64,000 nucleotides of DNA from the human T2T-CHM13v2.0 reference genome, Homo sapiens. Position 1 is the stretch's first letter. Each line of letters opens with the position of its first letter. The notes below the pieces were generated by a model, which ran no database searches, had not been told where the DNA came from, and saw nothing but the letters and a program-made list of their open reading frames with translations. Below, in pieces: positions 1 to 30,500 of the stretch. The stretch is taken from assembly GCF_009914755.1 (NCBI RefSeq), contig NC_060932.1. One strand, given 5' to 3'. Position numbers and translations under genes: made by a program.

Positions 1-80
1 GCCGAGATTGCACCACTGCACTCCAGCCTGGGCAACAAAGTGAGACTCTCTCAAAAATAAAAAATAAAATAAAATAAAAT
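1..80 (+). mobile_element. Alu 3' end (cut by window edge)
   Basis: gccgagattgcaccactgcactccagcctgggc followed by an (AAAAT)n tail. Confidence 0.95.
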
Positions 81-420
81 GCATACCTTTTAAGTGTATA
101 GATTGGTAAGTTTATCAGATGTGCACACTGGTGTCACTCTCAATCAGAACACAGAACACATCTCTCCCTCCAGAGACCCCCTTGTGCCTCTTTCAAGTCA
201 GCCTCTTTCAGCAGAGGCAACCACTGACGCGATCCTGTCACGAGAAATTAGTTTAGGCTCTTAGAGTCAGACAGAATCTTGGCTCCACTCCTCACGCCCG
301 TGTAACTTTTGGCAAATTGTCTCCTTTCTCTGGGCTTCCTTCTCATCTGTTAACTAGGGATATGTGTGGTGTCTTCCTCATAGGGTTGGTGAAGGATTAA
401 AGGAAGTAATGCTTGCAGGG
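80..420. mobile_element. Old L1M 3' fragment (~80-255, minus) followed by MIR (~255-420, plus)
   Basis: L1M-type aagtgtatag...agaggcaaccactg; MIR core ggcaaattg...ctcatctgt...tcatagggttggtgaaggattaaa. Confidence 0.6.
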
Positions 421-797
421 CCCCTCATGCCGGTCAGCCATGTCGTCCTTCCCTCCTTCGCCACAGTCTGAGTACATGGGCACATCTCAGAGGCATAACC
501 AGCTTGTGAAATAAATCTGAATAATTCTTCAGTCTTAGAAATATGTCTTGAGTTCTCTGAGGTTCAGCTTTCCCAGATCGAGTTGCCCTCTGCCCTGTCA
601 CCCTGGAATCCTGCCCACTCCTTCCATGTCCCCCAAGTTCCTGTTCCTAACCTCATCTAAGTCACTGCCACACTGCTCGTTACTGAGGACCAAGGTCCTT
701 TCTGACTGATTTCATTGGATTTCACCTTCACCCCGGTATCCCCCATCACCAGCACTGCATGTTCCCCACTTTCCGAAATCTCCAGAAGCATCTCTGA

Positions 798-1415
<618 letters not shown>

Positions 1416-1515
1416 TAAGTGTCAGACATGGGGGGTTTGAGTCTTAGCTTCACCACTTTTATAGGACAAAAAATAATTACTTAAACTAATCTAAGCCTCA
1501 AATTCTTCACCTTTA

Positions 1516-2212
<697 letters not shown>

Positions 2213-2650
2213 AAATGGAATATGTGTCCTAGCTCAGTAGCTGCTGCATAATCAACAATAAATATTTCTGGGTGTCATTTATTATATTGCTTATTTAAAT
2301 AATTGTGTTACTCAGAGTCTTCTGGCTGATTGTTGCTTAAATACGCTTATATTTGCAAACAAAACACAAAGTAACAGAATAGTAGCTAAAAGGGGATAAC
2401 AGAGGGAGAGGGTCTATGTAATCACATGTTTCTGCCATATTGCAGTATACTATTCCAATTCTTTCTAGTCTTAGAAAAACTAAGTCTAGGTTTCTCATTT
2501 TTAAGTAGCAATAATAATTGCTTCATGGCATAGTCATGGGGATAAATAAAAAAGTGTGTATGAGGTATCAAGCCCATGCCCATATCATGTGATGGACACT
2601 CAGTGAACACTGTCTACTATATTTCATCAAATACAAGATGCATGGATTGT

Positions 2651-2940
2651 GGCTGGGTGTGGTGGCTCAAACCTTTAATTGCAACTCTTACGGAAGCTGA
2701 GGTGGGAGGATCACCTGAAGCCAGGAGTCTGACGACCAACCTAGGCAACATAGCAAGACCTCACCTCTACAGAAAAAGTTAGCCAGACTTGGTGGCACGT
2801 AGTCAGCCACTACTGGCACGTAGTAGTTCCAGCTACCTGGGAGGCTGAAGTGGGAGGATCACTTGGGCACAGTAGTTCAAGGTTACAGCGAACTGTGATC
2901 CTGCCACTGCACTCCAGCCTGGGTGACAGAGCGAGACCCC

Positions 2941-2979
<39 letters not shown>
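2651..2979 (+). mobile_element. AluJ-like element with pure A34 tail
   Basis: TSD aagatgcatggattgt on both sides; internal duplication of tggcacgtagt. Confidence 0.9.
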
Positions 2980-2981
<2 letters not shown>

Positions 2982-3474
2982 TGCATGGATTGTAAGATAC
3001 GCTTTGATTTCAGAGTTGCTAAAATGTGCATCTCAAAATCAGCAAATGCTGGTATTACAAGTTCAAGCCCCATTGACTACTACATTCGTATCAGTGGGTT
3101 CATTTTTGCTAATTGCTAAGTTTGTTTAACGTTTTGTTGACACTAAACATTTTTATTCACAACAGTAGGAAAAGTTCTCTTTTCCAAAGCAGATACATGG
3201 AAACTTTTTTAAACATCTTGGTACAATCCTGTGCTTCTCCTAAATTGATCTGCTATGGGTTTTTACTCTGCCTTTTAACTCTTTGTGTTGGATCCTTAAA
3301 GACAGTAAGAAGGGCCAGTTCTGAGAAAGGGTCAGTCTTGAGGCTCCTAAGTCCTCAGAACTTAGGCAGCTACTCTGTTTTTCCAGGTCACATCCAAATA
3401 ACTAGTGTGAGGCCAAATCTGTCACCCCTTTGAAGGACTCTTCAAAGCTAGATAAGTCCTAAAATTGTCCCCAC

Positions 3475-3637
3475 TTTTTGTTTTTTTATTTATTTAATCT
3501 ATTTTAATTTTTTTTTTCTAGAGATGGGACTCTCCCTATGTTGCCCAGGCTGCTCTTGAACTCCTGGGCTCTAGCAATCCTCCTGCCTTGGCCTCTCAAA
3601 GTGCTGGGATTCCAGGCGTGAGCCACTGCACTCAGCT
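3475..3637 (-). mobile_element. FLAM/Alu left monomer
   Basis: Antisense left-arm motifs tctccctatgttgcccaggctg...gtgctgggatt. Confidence 0.85.
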
Positions 3638-3764
3638 GAAACTGCCCCCACTTGTAAAGTCAGGGACTACACTCAACTGACCTGTACCTGGAAGAGATTC
3701 AAAGCTGATCCAACCCAAGTTAGACATCTTTTTTCAAAGATGTACTCTTGAATTTATCCATGAC

Positions 3765-4340
<576 letters not shown>

Positions 4341-4539
4341 ACCAACCCAAGAATCTTGGGAAGTAAAGATAAACATGAGAGTGTCTTTACTATATCTGCT
4401 GGGATGTTACCTAGATAAGATTCTATATATCAGTTACAATTAGCTTCATTTATGAGTGTCATAAATCCTCCAAAACAATGATTAAGATTAGTATTTTAGT
4501 ATTTTGGATTTTTTTGGTTTTTTGTTTTGTTTTCATGTC

Positions 4540-5750
<1,211 letters not shown>

Positions 5751-5759
5751 TTGACTGGA

Positions 5760-6780
5760 AAAAAATGTACAAACATCCTTCAACAAGTATTTATTGATTA
5801 CCTACCACATATAGTACACTGTGGCAGGTACTGAGGATCCAGTTGTGAGCAAAGCCAGTGAGGTCCCTGCCCTCAGGGGGCTTCAGATCTAGTGACAAGA
5901 CAGATATTAATGACATGCAAATATTTAATTACAAGCTACGTTAATCCACACAGATTTTAATTAAATGTAATGTTTAATTACAGACTGTGATATGTGCATT
6001 TGGCAGGAACGTTACTGGGTAAAAGACGGATTCTCAAATACATATTTTGGCATATTTGGACATTTCACTCATTTTCAGAATTTTGTGATGAAGACTGTAA
6101 AGTCAAGTGTTGGGTCTGTCATTTTGCCTTTAGCTTCAGAGTCTCTTAATTCCACCCACCATTTTTTTTTTCTGCCAGATGAAATCAAATATTGTTGGCA
6201 TTCTAGTTACAGCTTATGGTTCTCCAAGGAGAGCCTGTGAGAGAGAGAGAAATGATGGAAAGCCAAAATGGGAAAACATTTGTTTGGCAGAGGGTCAGAT
6301 TACTGGAACAGGAATTATGGAGCTTCAGTTGATTGAATGCTTTGTTTTGCACATTCCTGTTCCTCCTCCAGTCTCTTCCAGCTCAGTAAATATCATTGCC
6401 ATCCACCCAGTTACTGGGGCCAGAAACCTAGAAGTCATGCTTGCTTTTCTCTTTGCCCTCCGATTATAGATACTTCCAGAATGCTTCTCGAATGCATCTT
6501 TCTTCATTTCCCAAAATCCAAACCACAGTCATCTCTTACCAGTACTACTGTGGCTCTAGCTGGTCCCCTTTCGTCTGCTCTTGCACCCTTATCATCCATT
6601 CCCCACCGAGCAACCAAAGGAAATCAGGAAATGATGCCACACTCCTGCTTGAGATCCATCATTGGTTTCCCACTGCATCCTTACCTTGGCCCAAACGGTC
6701 CTACCTGATCTGCCTTCCTCCTACGTTACCTCCATTATAGCTTTTTAGCTCCTGAAACCAGTGGTAGCTTTCTCTCTTAG
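5760..6780. mobile_element. L2 fragments (~5760-5930 and ~6320-6780)
   Basis: caacaagtatttattga...ccctgccctcagggggcttcagatctagt; catccacccagttac...agaaacctagaagtcat. Confidence 0.6.
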
Positions 6781-6789
6781 GACTTTTGA

Positions 6790-8533
<1,744 letters not shown>

Positions 8534-8654
8534 GAGTAAATTCTAACTGTCTCATGCCATGAATTCCATTTTCAGGTACTGGGCTGGAATAGAATCCTCT
8601 TATTTAAAACAAGCATAAACAAGAACACAGAGATCCTTGAGTGAATGCCCAGAC

Positions 8655-8810
8655 TAGATTTTCTCAACTTTTACTACATGTCAGAATCACCTGGGAAACT
8701 CCTAGAAAATACCCAAAGATACAGACTCAGTTGGTCTGGGGTAAGGCTCAGACATCAGCACGGTTTGGAAACTCCCAGGCAATTTTAAAGTGGAGCTTAG
8801 AGACAGCCTA
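8655..8810. mobile_element. MER5-like hAT DNA transposon relic
   Basis: tttctcaactt...tcagaatcacctgggaa...tcagttggtctgggg...aaactcccaggcaatt. Confidence 0.65.
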
Positions 8811-8948
8811 CTGGCTCAGACCTCTTAAAGATGGATATGATGCTGCGTAATCCGGTCATGTTGTTGGATAAAGGGCTGCATTGATTTTCATGCCTCAAAT
8901 TCAAACGGAAGGTGGTGTTCCACAGTTTGTTTATGAAATATATTGTGA

Positions 8949-10540
<1,592 letters not shown>

Positions 10541-11164
10541 TGAAAAGAAAATGTTTACTTCTCCCCACCCCTCTCCATAATACCTAGACCCATATCCAGT
10601 CCGTTTTGGCAGGAGTTTGTGCTGACTGGTGAAAAGTTCACAGAGCAGGGTGTTAAATGGGCCTTACTCTTGGGATGGAGAGAGTGCAGAATGCCAGCTA
10701 TCTGCATAAGGGAGGCCCAGAGAGGCCCTCTGCATCTCTGAGGAGAAAGCTGTCTTTATCATGGCCAGATGTGGCCAGCTGTGTAATTGCTGATCGCTGG
10801 GGCCTTAACTGCCCTGTGCTCTGGGTGGAGTGACTGCCTGCATGTACCCACAGCTGGGTTAATGAGATCAAGTTTCACTTTTTAGAGCCAGAGTAATCAG
10901 GACCAGGCACAAACCATATCCTCGTAAGCCTGGGGGTGCATGGGTGTCCCCTGCCTTGGCCAAGCCAGGGGAGGCCAAATACTATGGCGGACCCTCATCT
11001 GTGTAAGCTGGAATCCTGGGCTGTGATGTATCTGCGGAGAACAGACTTTAGTGTCTCCAATCCTGCAGGAGTCAAATGTCCTTCCTCTTCTGTTATTTCT
11101 GATATTGTGGAAATAGGATATGTATTAAAAGAAATTACTAAAAAAAGTACCTGTTTGAATGTTT

Positions 11165-11317
11165 AGGGCAGGGGCACTACTCTGTCTGATACTATAATGG
11201 TGGGTACCAGTCATTATACATTTAACCAGAGCCATAGCATGTGCGACACTAAGAGTGACCCCAGTGTAAACCATAGACTCTGGGTGATAATGATGTATTG
11301 TGTAGGTTCATCAGTTT

Positions 11318-11350
<33 letters not shown>

Positions 11351-11845
11351 GCTGGAGTCTCACTGTGTTGCCTAGGCTGGAGTGCAGTGGTGTGATCTTG
11401 GTTCACTGCAACCTCCGCCTCCTTGTTTCAAGCAATTCTCATGCCTCAGACTCCCCAGTAGCTAGGATTAGAGGACTGCCACCACACCCAGCTAATTTTT
11501 GTATTTTTAGTAGAGATGGGATTTCACCATGTGGGCCAGGCTGATCTCTAACTCCTGACCTCAAGTAATGCACTCGCCTTGTGCTGGGATTACCGGTGTA
11601 AGCCGCCATGCCCAGCCTCATCAATTTCTTTGTTGTTGAGAGAGGGTCTCGCTCTGTCACCCAGGCTAGAGTGCAGTGGCTTGACCTAAGCTCACTGCAA
11701 CCTCCAGGTTCATCAGTTGTAACAAATGTACCACTCAGGTAGGGGGTGTTGATAATGGGGGATACCGTGCCTATGTGGGGCAGGAGGCATATGGAAAGTC
11801 CTATAGCTTCCTCTCAATTTTGCTATGAACCTAAAACTATCTTAA
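11165..11845 (+). mobile_element. L1MC-type 3' end interrupted by antisense Alu pieces (11320-11707)
   Basis: gatactataatggtgg...taaaccatagactctgggtgataatgatg...aacaaatgtaccact...tcaattttgctatgaacctaaaact; aggttcatcagtt is duplicated around the Alu insert. Confidence 0.75.
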
Positions 11846-11874
11846 AAAATAAAGTTTACTTTAAAAATACTAGT

Positions 11875-16632
<4,758 letters not shown>

Positions 16633-18711
16633 TGAACACTTCTTATAACGTTCAGAAACCACCAGATAGAGAGAATGCTGTCTGTCCTTAATGCAAGCAG
16701 CCCTTGGAATTGTTTCTAGAGCTGTCATGAGCTGCCGATGGGAAGGTGACATCAGTGTCAGTCACAAATTCTCCCTTCAGCCTGATCTATGCCTCTAGAG
16801 AGAATTCCCAGGAAGGCAAGTTTTTGCCCTAACTTTGGGAATCCAGTATGTATGGACTGAACCAGGGTTCCCCATAACTACCCCTCTTTTATGTACACCA
16901 CAATCACCCTGTGATTGACCCATTTGCTGAGCAGAGCATACCAAGAGGGAGCCTAGATCTTAAACAGAGCTTTGATTGATTGGGGCTGAAAGGGGGCAGA
17001 TTCTGTATGAGACCAGCAGGCATTACAAACTTCTCAATTTGAAACAAAAATGCTTTAATGCTACTTATTGTTGTTGTCTTATTGTGAAAGTTAGTCATTC
17101 TTATATATGGTTGGCTTTCTTTCAAGGTCAATTGCACAGTCTGTTCTTTGGGGGCACCGCATAGCCCTATAGCATGCTTAAAATGCATAAAGCTTAGAGG
17201 AAGACTAGTTCTCTGGAGAGAATTCTGTGTTTGTCCAAGAACTGGATCCCTGCCTCCTCCCACACAGTCACTCCACAGCCAGTTGCATACTTGCAGAGAG
17301 ATTTATGGGGCTGAACATACAGCTGCAAGTTTTCTTTTCTTCTACTTTTTTTTTCTTCCAGGAACAGTGTCCTGCTGTCAGGTCTGTGTGCACTAGACAC
17401 AAACACATAACTTATTTACTACAGCAGTATCCAAAACTCCTAAGTAGTGTCCTTGCTGAATGTGAGTGTTTTCATGAATATGAAACATTCTGAAGATGTA
17501 AGGAATTCCTAGATACAAGCCAATCTTGACTCAGTTTACATCTCTGTCTAATATTTTGGTGAAGGACCATCCAGGAGTCTAGTTACACTGTACAGCTGTT
17601 TCAGTTCTAAAGCAACTTGGTTACCTTATGGTCAAGATCAGAAATTCCTTAACGGAATTTGACTGCTCTGTTTCCTTTAAAAGTATGCTGATTGTTTATA
17701 GTAGCTTCTGGATTCTCTGTCCTTGGGAGGTTCTCTTAGATTGAAGCAAATTCTCTCTCATACCTTGTGTTGGTTTTTGTTTTTATTTTAATTTTTCCTT
17801 TGTGATCTGAATGAATAACATCATCACTTAACACCTATTGCCATTTCAAAGACAGAATCCCAACAGGCTTTTCTGGGTATGGACCCATGCAATGGTTTGT
17901 CTGCCTTTCAACAATTTGTATCATCTTGGCCATTTTGGGGAACAGGGATTGTGCATGGGGAAGGATGGAAGAGGAAAACCAATATTTATTTAACATTCAG
18001 TGGTAGTAAACACTGGGATTAGTACTTAATTAGAGTTGATCCTCATAATAAACTTGATCCCCATTTTACAGATGAGTAAATTATAACTCAGAGAATTTCT
18101 AACTTGCCCAAAGTCATACAACTAATAAATTGTAAAGGTGGGAGTTAAAGCAATTTTTTATTGAACTATATAGAAAATGTACAAATTATTTATACACATC
18201 TCCAGTTATTACAAAGTGAACTGCTAGGAATGTGAGTGGAATTGGTAATGTCAGTTAAAGGCAGAGATTAGGTGATGCCATCAGTCACTGTGACAAATGG
18301 TGTGTGGGGGGAGCTTGCTGGCTGAAGCATTGTCACCGTGGGTAATTATACACTTAATATTCATGTGTTATCGTTCCACCTGGAATCTTTAAACTCTTCA
18401 TCCAGGAGACACTAATCTTCACCTTATTATTACGTCCTAATGTCACTCTAGCAGAAGAATGGGGCTGCCAACAGGGGGAGAGAACTTCCTCCTTCTCCTC
18501 TAGGTTGTAATAAACATGGTTATTTGTTATTTGAACTCTGGCTGAAGATAAGACGCTATATGCCCCTGCCAGATATGGCCCAGGTGTAGAGATGAGTCCA
18601 GGTTATTGTTAAAAGAGTGAAAATGCCCCTGTCACATTCCCCATCGTTTTCTTCCATCTATAAAGATGATGGCAATGGTGTTGGCAATGGTGGTGATAAT
18701 GATGATTATCA

Positions 18712-19453
<742 letters not shown>

Positions 19454-19534
19454 GGTGCTTAGACACCAGGCTAGGATGCTCATCTATGTGGTATCTGTGC
19501 CTATTTGGGGGAAGCTGATTATCCACTGCTCAGG

Positions 19535-19750
19535 GGGCAGAGTAGCCGAGGTCTTAAGTGTACAAGTTTCGAGTCAGATCCTGGTTTCACCACTTACTAG
19601 CTCTGTGAACTTGGGCCAATTACTTTACTTTCTGAATCTACCCCCTCAATCGTGAGATGGAAATAAAAATAATAGGACCTGCGTTGGGAATTTTTAATGA
19701 AATTACACATGTAAAGAGTTTTGGAAAATTGTTAGATGTTCTTATTAGCT
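19535..19750 (+). mobile_element. MIR
   Basis: ccacttactagctctgtgaacttgggccaattactttacttt core. Confidence 0.75.
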
Positions 19751-19813
19751 ATTATAGCACTGCCCATGCTGACTGGCAAGTTGTGACCTAAGAAGTAGTC
19801 TGGGGATATGAAC

Positions 19814-20174
19814 TACTATGGTCCGAATGTTTACACCCCCTCCAAATTCATATGCTAAAATCCTAACTCTCAAAGCGATCAGGTATTAGAAGGCAGGGCC
19901 TTTGGGAAATGATTAGGTCACTGGGTCAGAGCCCTCATGAATGGGATTAGTGCCCTTATGAAAGTGGCTGGAAAGAGATTCCTTGCCCCTTCTACCATGT
20001 GAGGACATAGAAGGTGCCATCTACAAAGAGGCAGCCCTCACCAGACACCTGCCAGCACCTTGATCTTGGACTTAACCAAGATCCAGAAATGGGAGAAGTA
20101 ACTATTTATTGTTTATAAGCCACTCAGTTTATGGTATTTGATGTTTGTTGTAGCAGCCCAAACAGACGAAGACA
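19814..20174 (+). mobile_element. MLT1A/MST-type MaLR solo LTR
   Basis: ccaaattcatatgctaaaatcctaac...gagccctcatgaatgggattagtgcccttat...gtttataagccactcagtttatggtattt...agcagcccaaacagacgaagaca. Confidence 0.8.
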
Positions 20175-20577
20175 TGGATGGACCCAATGGCTAGGCTTCC
20201 TCAGGTATAGGACAGAGAGGAGAAATAACAAATTATAAGAAGATAGTGCTTTATCTAAATGTGTATGACATTGCTTTCACAATCTGATATCATGTTATGA
20301 AAGCCAGATGTGTGATTTGGAGCAAAGTTTAAAGAAATAGGAATAATCAAAATAATAACTTTTCTTTCAAAAATCTAAATTTCAACGGCTTTCAAATATT
20401 TCTTAATCTACTCATGATTTTTGTTGCTCTGCTTCAGTCTCAGCCTTTTTCTTTTTGATATTTTGGCTGCCAAAAAGCCTGAGTCCTTATTCTCAGGAGC
20501 CTGATTATTATCTCCGATAATGGTTCTAAACTTAGTCATTTTTGTCCATCATTATTATTATTAGTTTTGAAGTTTAA

Positions 20578-25220
<4,643 letters not shown>

Positions 25221-25705
25221 CTGGAGAACCAAGCTTGATAAAGGACAGGAACCAAGGCAGATCTGGGGACCCAAATACCAGAGCAAATGAACTTTCCTGT
25301 GTTACTCAGCTCCACAGTCAGTGGTCCAGGAGACAGAGTCTGATTGGCCAAGCTTAGGGTCAGATGACCCTGTGAATAGGGGGAGGGCAGGGCATGTTGG
25401 TTGACATTCCTATCCATACTGCCCACAGCAGAGGAAAGGTGATACCTGAAAAGAATATCAAGTCAACTGTAGTGAAATGAAGCTGGATAACCAAAAACCA
25501 ACAGATGTGTCACCATATGACTTTTAGGACAATTTTTATTAAGTGTGTAAAGTACTTGGATTGGCACTTGAGAAATACTAGGTTTTTCAATATATGACTG
25601 AATTGATTGAGAGGTTGCCTGCTATTTTGAAAAGGATCCTGCCTGTGATACTCTGCCTCCTAAACTAAATTGTAAGCTTCGTGAAGGCAAAGATGCTGGT
25701 ATTTA

Positions 25706-25781
25706 TTAGGTTGGTGCAAAAGTAACTGCAGTTTTTGCAATTAAAAGTTGCAAAACCACAATTGCTTTTGCACCTACCTAA
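25706..25781. mobile_element. MADE1 (Hsmar1-derived mariner MITE)
   Basis: ttaggttggtgcaaaagtaa...ttgcttttgcacctacctaa terminal inverted repeats with TA target duplication on both sides. Confidence 0.92.
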
Positions 25782-26139
25782 TAAATCTTATTTAAGTTCT
25801 CCACACACTAGTTGGTACAAGATGTCATGGGCTTTTTCTCCAGAACACCTGTGACAGAGGGTCTTCACCTGATCCTCTATACCCCTAGAGATGTGCTCAG
25901 GTGGCAGCACAAGTAAGAAGGTTTGTGTGAAATGAGCAGTTCACGGTGTGCTTGCTCTGACCCCACTCTTGACTGGCTGCTCTGGACAGCATGTGGGAAC
26001 GCAAGGGAGTGAGACTGTCTTTATGCCTAGGGTAGCCCTGAATCAGCCTTACTTTATGAAAGAGTGAATTAGTCACAAACTTTGGCATTTGAGAAATGTG
26101 TATGTGCATACACTTAGAAAACAAAAACAAGAAATGACC

Positions 26140-26475
<336 letters not shown>

Positions 26476-26964
26476 TGTTTTTCTAAAATTAAATTCAGTT
26501 GAAGTGACCATCACCAAGGTTGATGACAAGTTCAATGTCAGATCATTTTGGTGTCCCTTGCCTATGTCCTTCCCGTTTGAGATCATGTGCACCATAACCC
26601 ACCACAGCCCCCATCCCAGGGCTTTTAGGCAGTCCAGTAAAATGAACCCTGACCAGTATTAGTGACTGGTGCCACTGGCCCTTGGCCAGACAGCCCTGCT
26701 GACTGCCCTTTTCCTACCCCTGAACACCTGGGTAAAGGTCCTGTGCAGAGTTCACCAGGTGCTCATCCTCCCACACATACAGCCTTGACCATCCTAGCTT
26801 CTGAGGCCTCCAAGAGCTCTGCAATCAAGAGGTGCACAGGACCCCATCTTGAACCAAACCAGCCTCTCCCTTCTAGACAGAAGGGAGATCCTTGTAGACC
26901 AAGAATCTACCCACTGTTAGCATCAGGGCCCTCTTCCCTTCAATGTTTATTGTTTTGTTTTGTT

Positions 26965-27570
26965 TCATTACTTAACTAAGAGCTTTATGGAGATATAGTT
27001 CACATACCATGCAATTTATCCATGTAAACTGTAGAATTCAGTAGTTTTTAATATATTCACAGATTTATGTCACTATTACAACAATTTTAGAGCATTTTTA
27101 TCACCCCTAAAAGAAACCCCGTACCCATTACCAACCACTTCCATGCCCCACCCCACCACCCCTGCTCCCAACCCTAAGTAATCAATAATCTACTTGCTGT
27201 CTCTGTGGATTTGCCTACTCTGGACATTTCATATAAATGGGCTCTTACACTCTATGGTCTATTCTGACTGGCATCTTTTACTTAGCATAATGTTTTCAGG
27301 GCTCACCCATGTTGTAGCATGTTGTATGTTCCATTTTATGGCCGAATAATATTCCACTGTATGGATATACTGAATTATATTTCTCCTTTCATCTGTCTTT
27401 TTAAATTTTTTAAATATATAGATATATATATTTTGTAGAGACGGAGTCTCACTATGTTGTCCAGGCTGGCTCAAGCAATCCTTCTGCCTCAGCCTCCCAA
27501 AGTGTTAGGATTACAGGCATGTGCCACCACGCCCAACCTCCTTTCATCTGTTGACAAACATTGGGGTCCT
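26965..27570 (-). mobile_element. L1MB-type 3' fragment with an inserted Alu monomer (27400-27537)
   Basis: agctttatggagatatagttcacataccat...aaagaaaccccgtacccatta...tgcctactctggacatttcatataaatgg; tcctttcatctgt is duplicated around the monomer. Confidence 0.8.
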
Positions 27571-27630
27571 TCAGTTCTTGAAGCTTCAAGCCACCCTGTC
27601 TTCAACGCTTTTCCCTCTGGTGGCCATAGA

Positions 27631-28842
<1,212 letters not shown>

Positions 28843-29949
28843 GTAAATGGTGAAATGTGATCCCTGAGCGATGCGGAGACATGGCTAATCTCAGGGAGCC
28901 TGCGAAGGGTCAGCTGGAGAGGGCACTCACCTGGCAACTCCTGCCCTCTTATTTGGCAGTGCAAAAAGGCTATTCATCTTTTTGGAAAAAGAAACCCCTG
29001 TATCTCTGGAAAAGACAAGGGATTTGAAATTCCCAAGTCTAGGGTCTAAAGCTCTGGGTTGGGAAGGAGGTGAAATTCTTCTCATTCTTTGGCTCATGAG
29101 TCTGCTGCAGCAGAAAAAAACAAAGCCCAGGCTGATGCCTGCTAAATTGCAAATTACTGCTAAATTGTCTTGCAAATTACTGTGGCCTAGTTCAGGATAG
29201 ATTGTGACCTGTTTGTGTGACCTTGATTATGACTGTGACCTCCACCATGGTTGAAAACTGCTGATTTTGTATAAGATGTACCCTGAATCCATGAAGACAA
29301 ATTTGTGGAACCAAGAAAAGAGAAACAGTAATAGTGTGATCTTATGTGGAGAAAACACCCTAGTAGGTTGGGGAGTGCAAAGTATCAAGGTTTATGACAA
29401 CAGCGAGTGTTTATTGAGTAAATAAGCAGTCTGTGTACTATTGCCCGCTTTCCATTTTGTTTTGCCTGTGACCGTGAAAGAAGTGGGTATTTTTTGAAAG
29501 GAAAGAGATTAATAGTACTCAGCATCGGTGTAGTGCTTGGTGTTTGCAAAGAGGTTTCAAATGCACTATCTAGTGTGAGCCTGTGAGAATAGGCGTTTTT
29601 ACCTGTTGTACAAGTGAGGCATTTATATCGTTGAAACATAGAAGAGGAGAAATTACTTGATTAATGTATTCCACCAAAGGGACCTATAACTTAAATCTGT
29701 ATCTTTGATTCTAAGTCCCCTCATCTTTTCCACAGTGACAGAGCTTTCCAATACTCTTCCCAGTACTCTCCAATTTTGTTGTATCTAAGTAATAAGTATA
29801 GATATTTTTGGACTTAATATCATGTTTAAGTTTACATCGATATTACCCACACAGAAAACAATAAAAGGAAATGATGGTTCCCAAGGTGTTTTGGTATTTT
29901 TTACATTCTTTGGTTGAGTCCTCAACACTAATAATTAATAATTGGGAGC

Positions 29950-30205
29950 AAGCATGCCTGTGAATTACTGCAAGTAGAAACTATATATGTCATTAATTCT
30001 TACAACAGTCTTATAAGGTAGGTATTACTCTTATTATTATTATTAATTCTTATTTTAGGGTTGAGGGAAATAAAGCTCAGAAATTTAAATACCTAGCTAG
30101 TATTTAAATACTAGCTAAAGCTAGTATGTCTCTGAGTTAGGATTTAAGCCAAATTTTGTAAAACACTAAAACGATTTTTTTTTTTTTAAATTATACTGCC
30201 TTCCA
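29950..30205 (-). mobile_element. MIR just upstream of the last exon
   Basis: tcattaattcttacaacagtcttataaggtaggtattact...gagggaaataaagctcaga...ggatttaagcc...tatactgcct. Confidence 0.65.
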
Positions 30206-30371
30206 GAAAATGTGTAGCTCCTTGGAAATTATTGAATTGGAGTCGTCAGCTGGATACATTTGGATATTTTAAGAATGAAGTTACCTGTTAGGGCTACACA
30301 CTGTCTTTATTAAAGCTTTGTGCAAAACCAGGCGCTATAATAGATGCTCTTTCTTTGCATCTTTCCTTTAG

Positions 30372-30500
30372 GTCTGTCAGTTTGTCGTCTCTGTCAACGG
30401 GCTCAATGTCCTGCATGTAGACTACCGGACCGTGAGCAATCTGATTCTGACGGGCCCACGGACGATTGTCATGGAAGTCATGGAGGAGTTAGAGTGCTGA
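30372..30500 (+). CDS. DEPTOR: Last coding exon of DEPTOR (C-terminal 42 aa of the PDZ domain plus stop)
   Basis: Polypyrimidine tract and acceptor ctctttctttgcatctttcctttag ending at 30371. Phase-0 translation gives VCQFVVSVNGLNVLHVDYRTVSNLILTGPRTIVMEVMEELEC-TGA, matching the DEPTOR C-terminus as I recall it, including the PDZ-type VSVNG motif. Locally CpG-rich relative to flanks. Missed by the ORF track because it is a spliced exon. Confidence 0.96.
   Translation, partial: VCQFVVSVNGLNVLHVDYRTVSNLILTGPRTIVMEVMEELEC

Noticed and set aside
17325-17385. Strong acceptor-like tract ttttttttcttccag near 17361
   Set aside because: No convincing paired donor or DEPTOR-like reading frame; such tracts are frequent in introns.
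18225-18370. Repeat-free block that looked like a conserved non-coding element or RNA gene
   Set aside because: No tRNA, snoRNA or snRNA hallmarks; conservation cannot be judged from one sequence.
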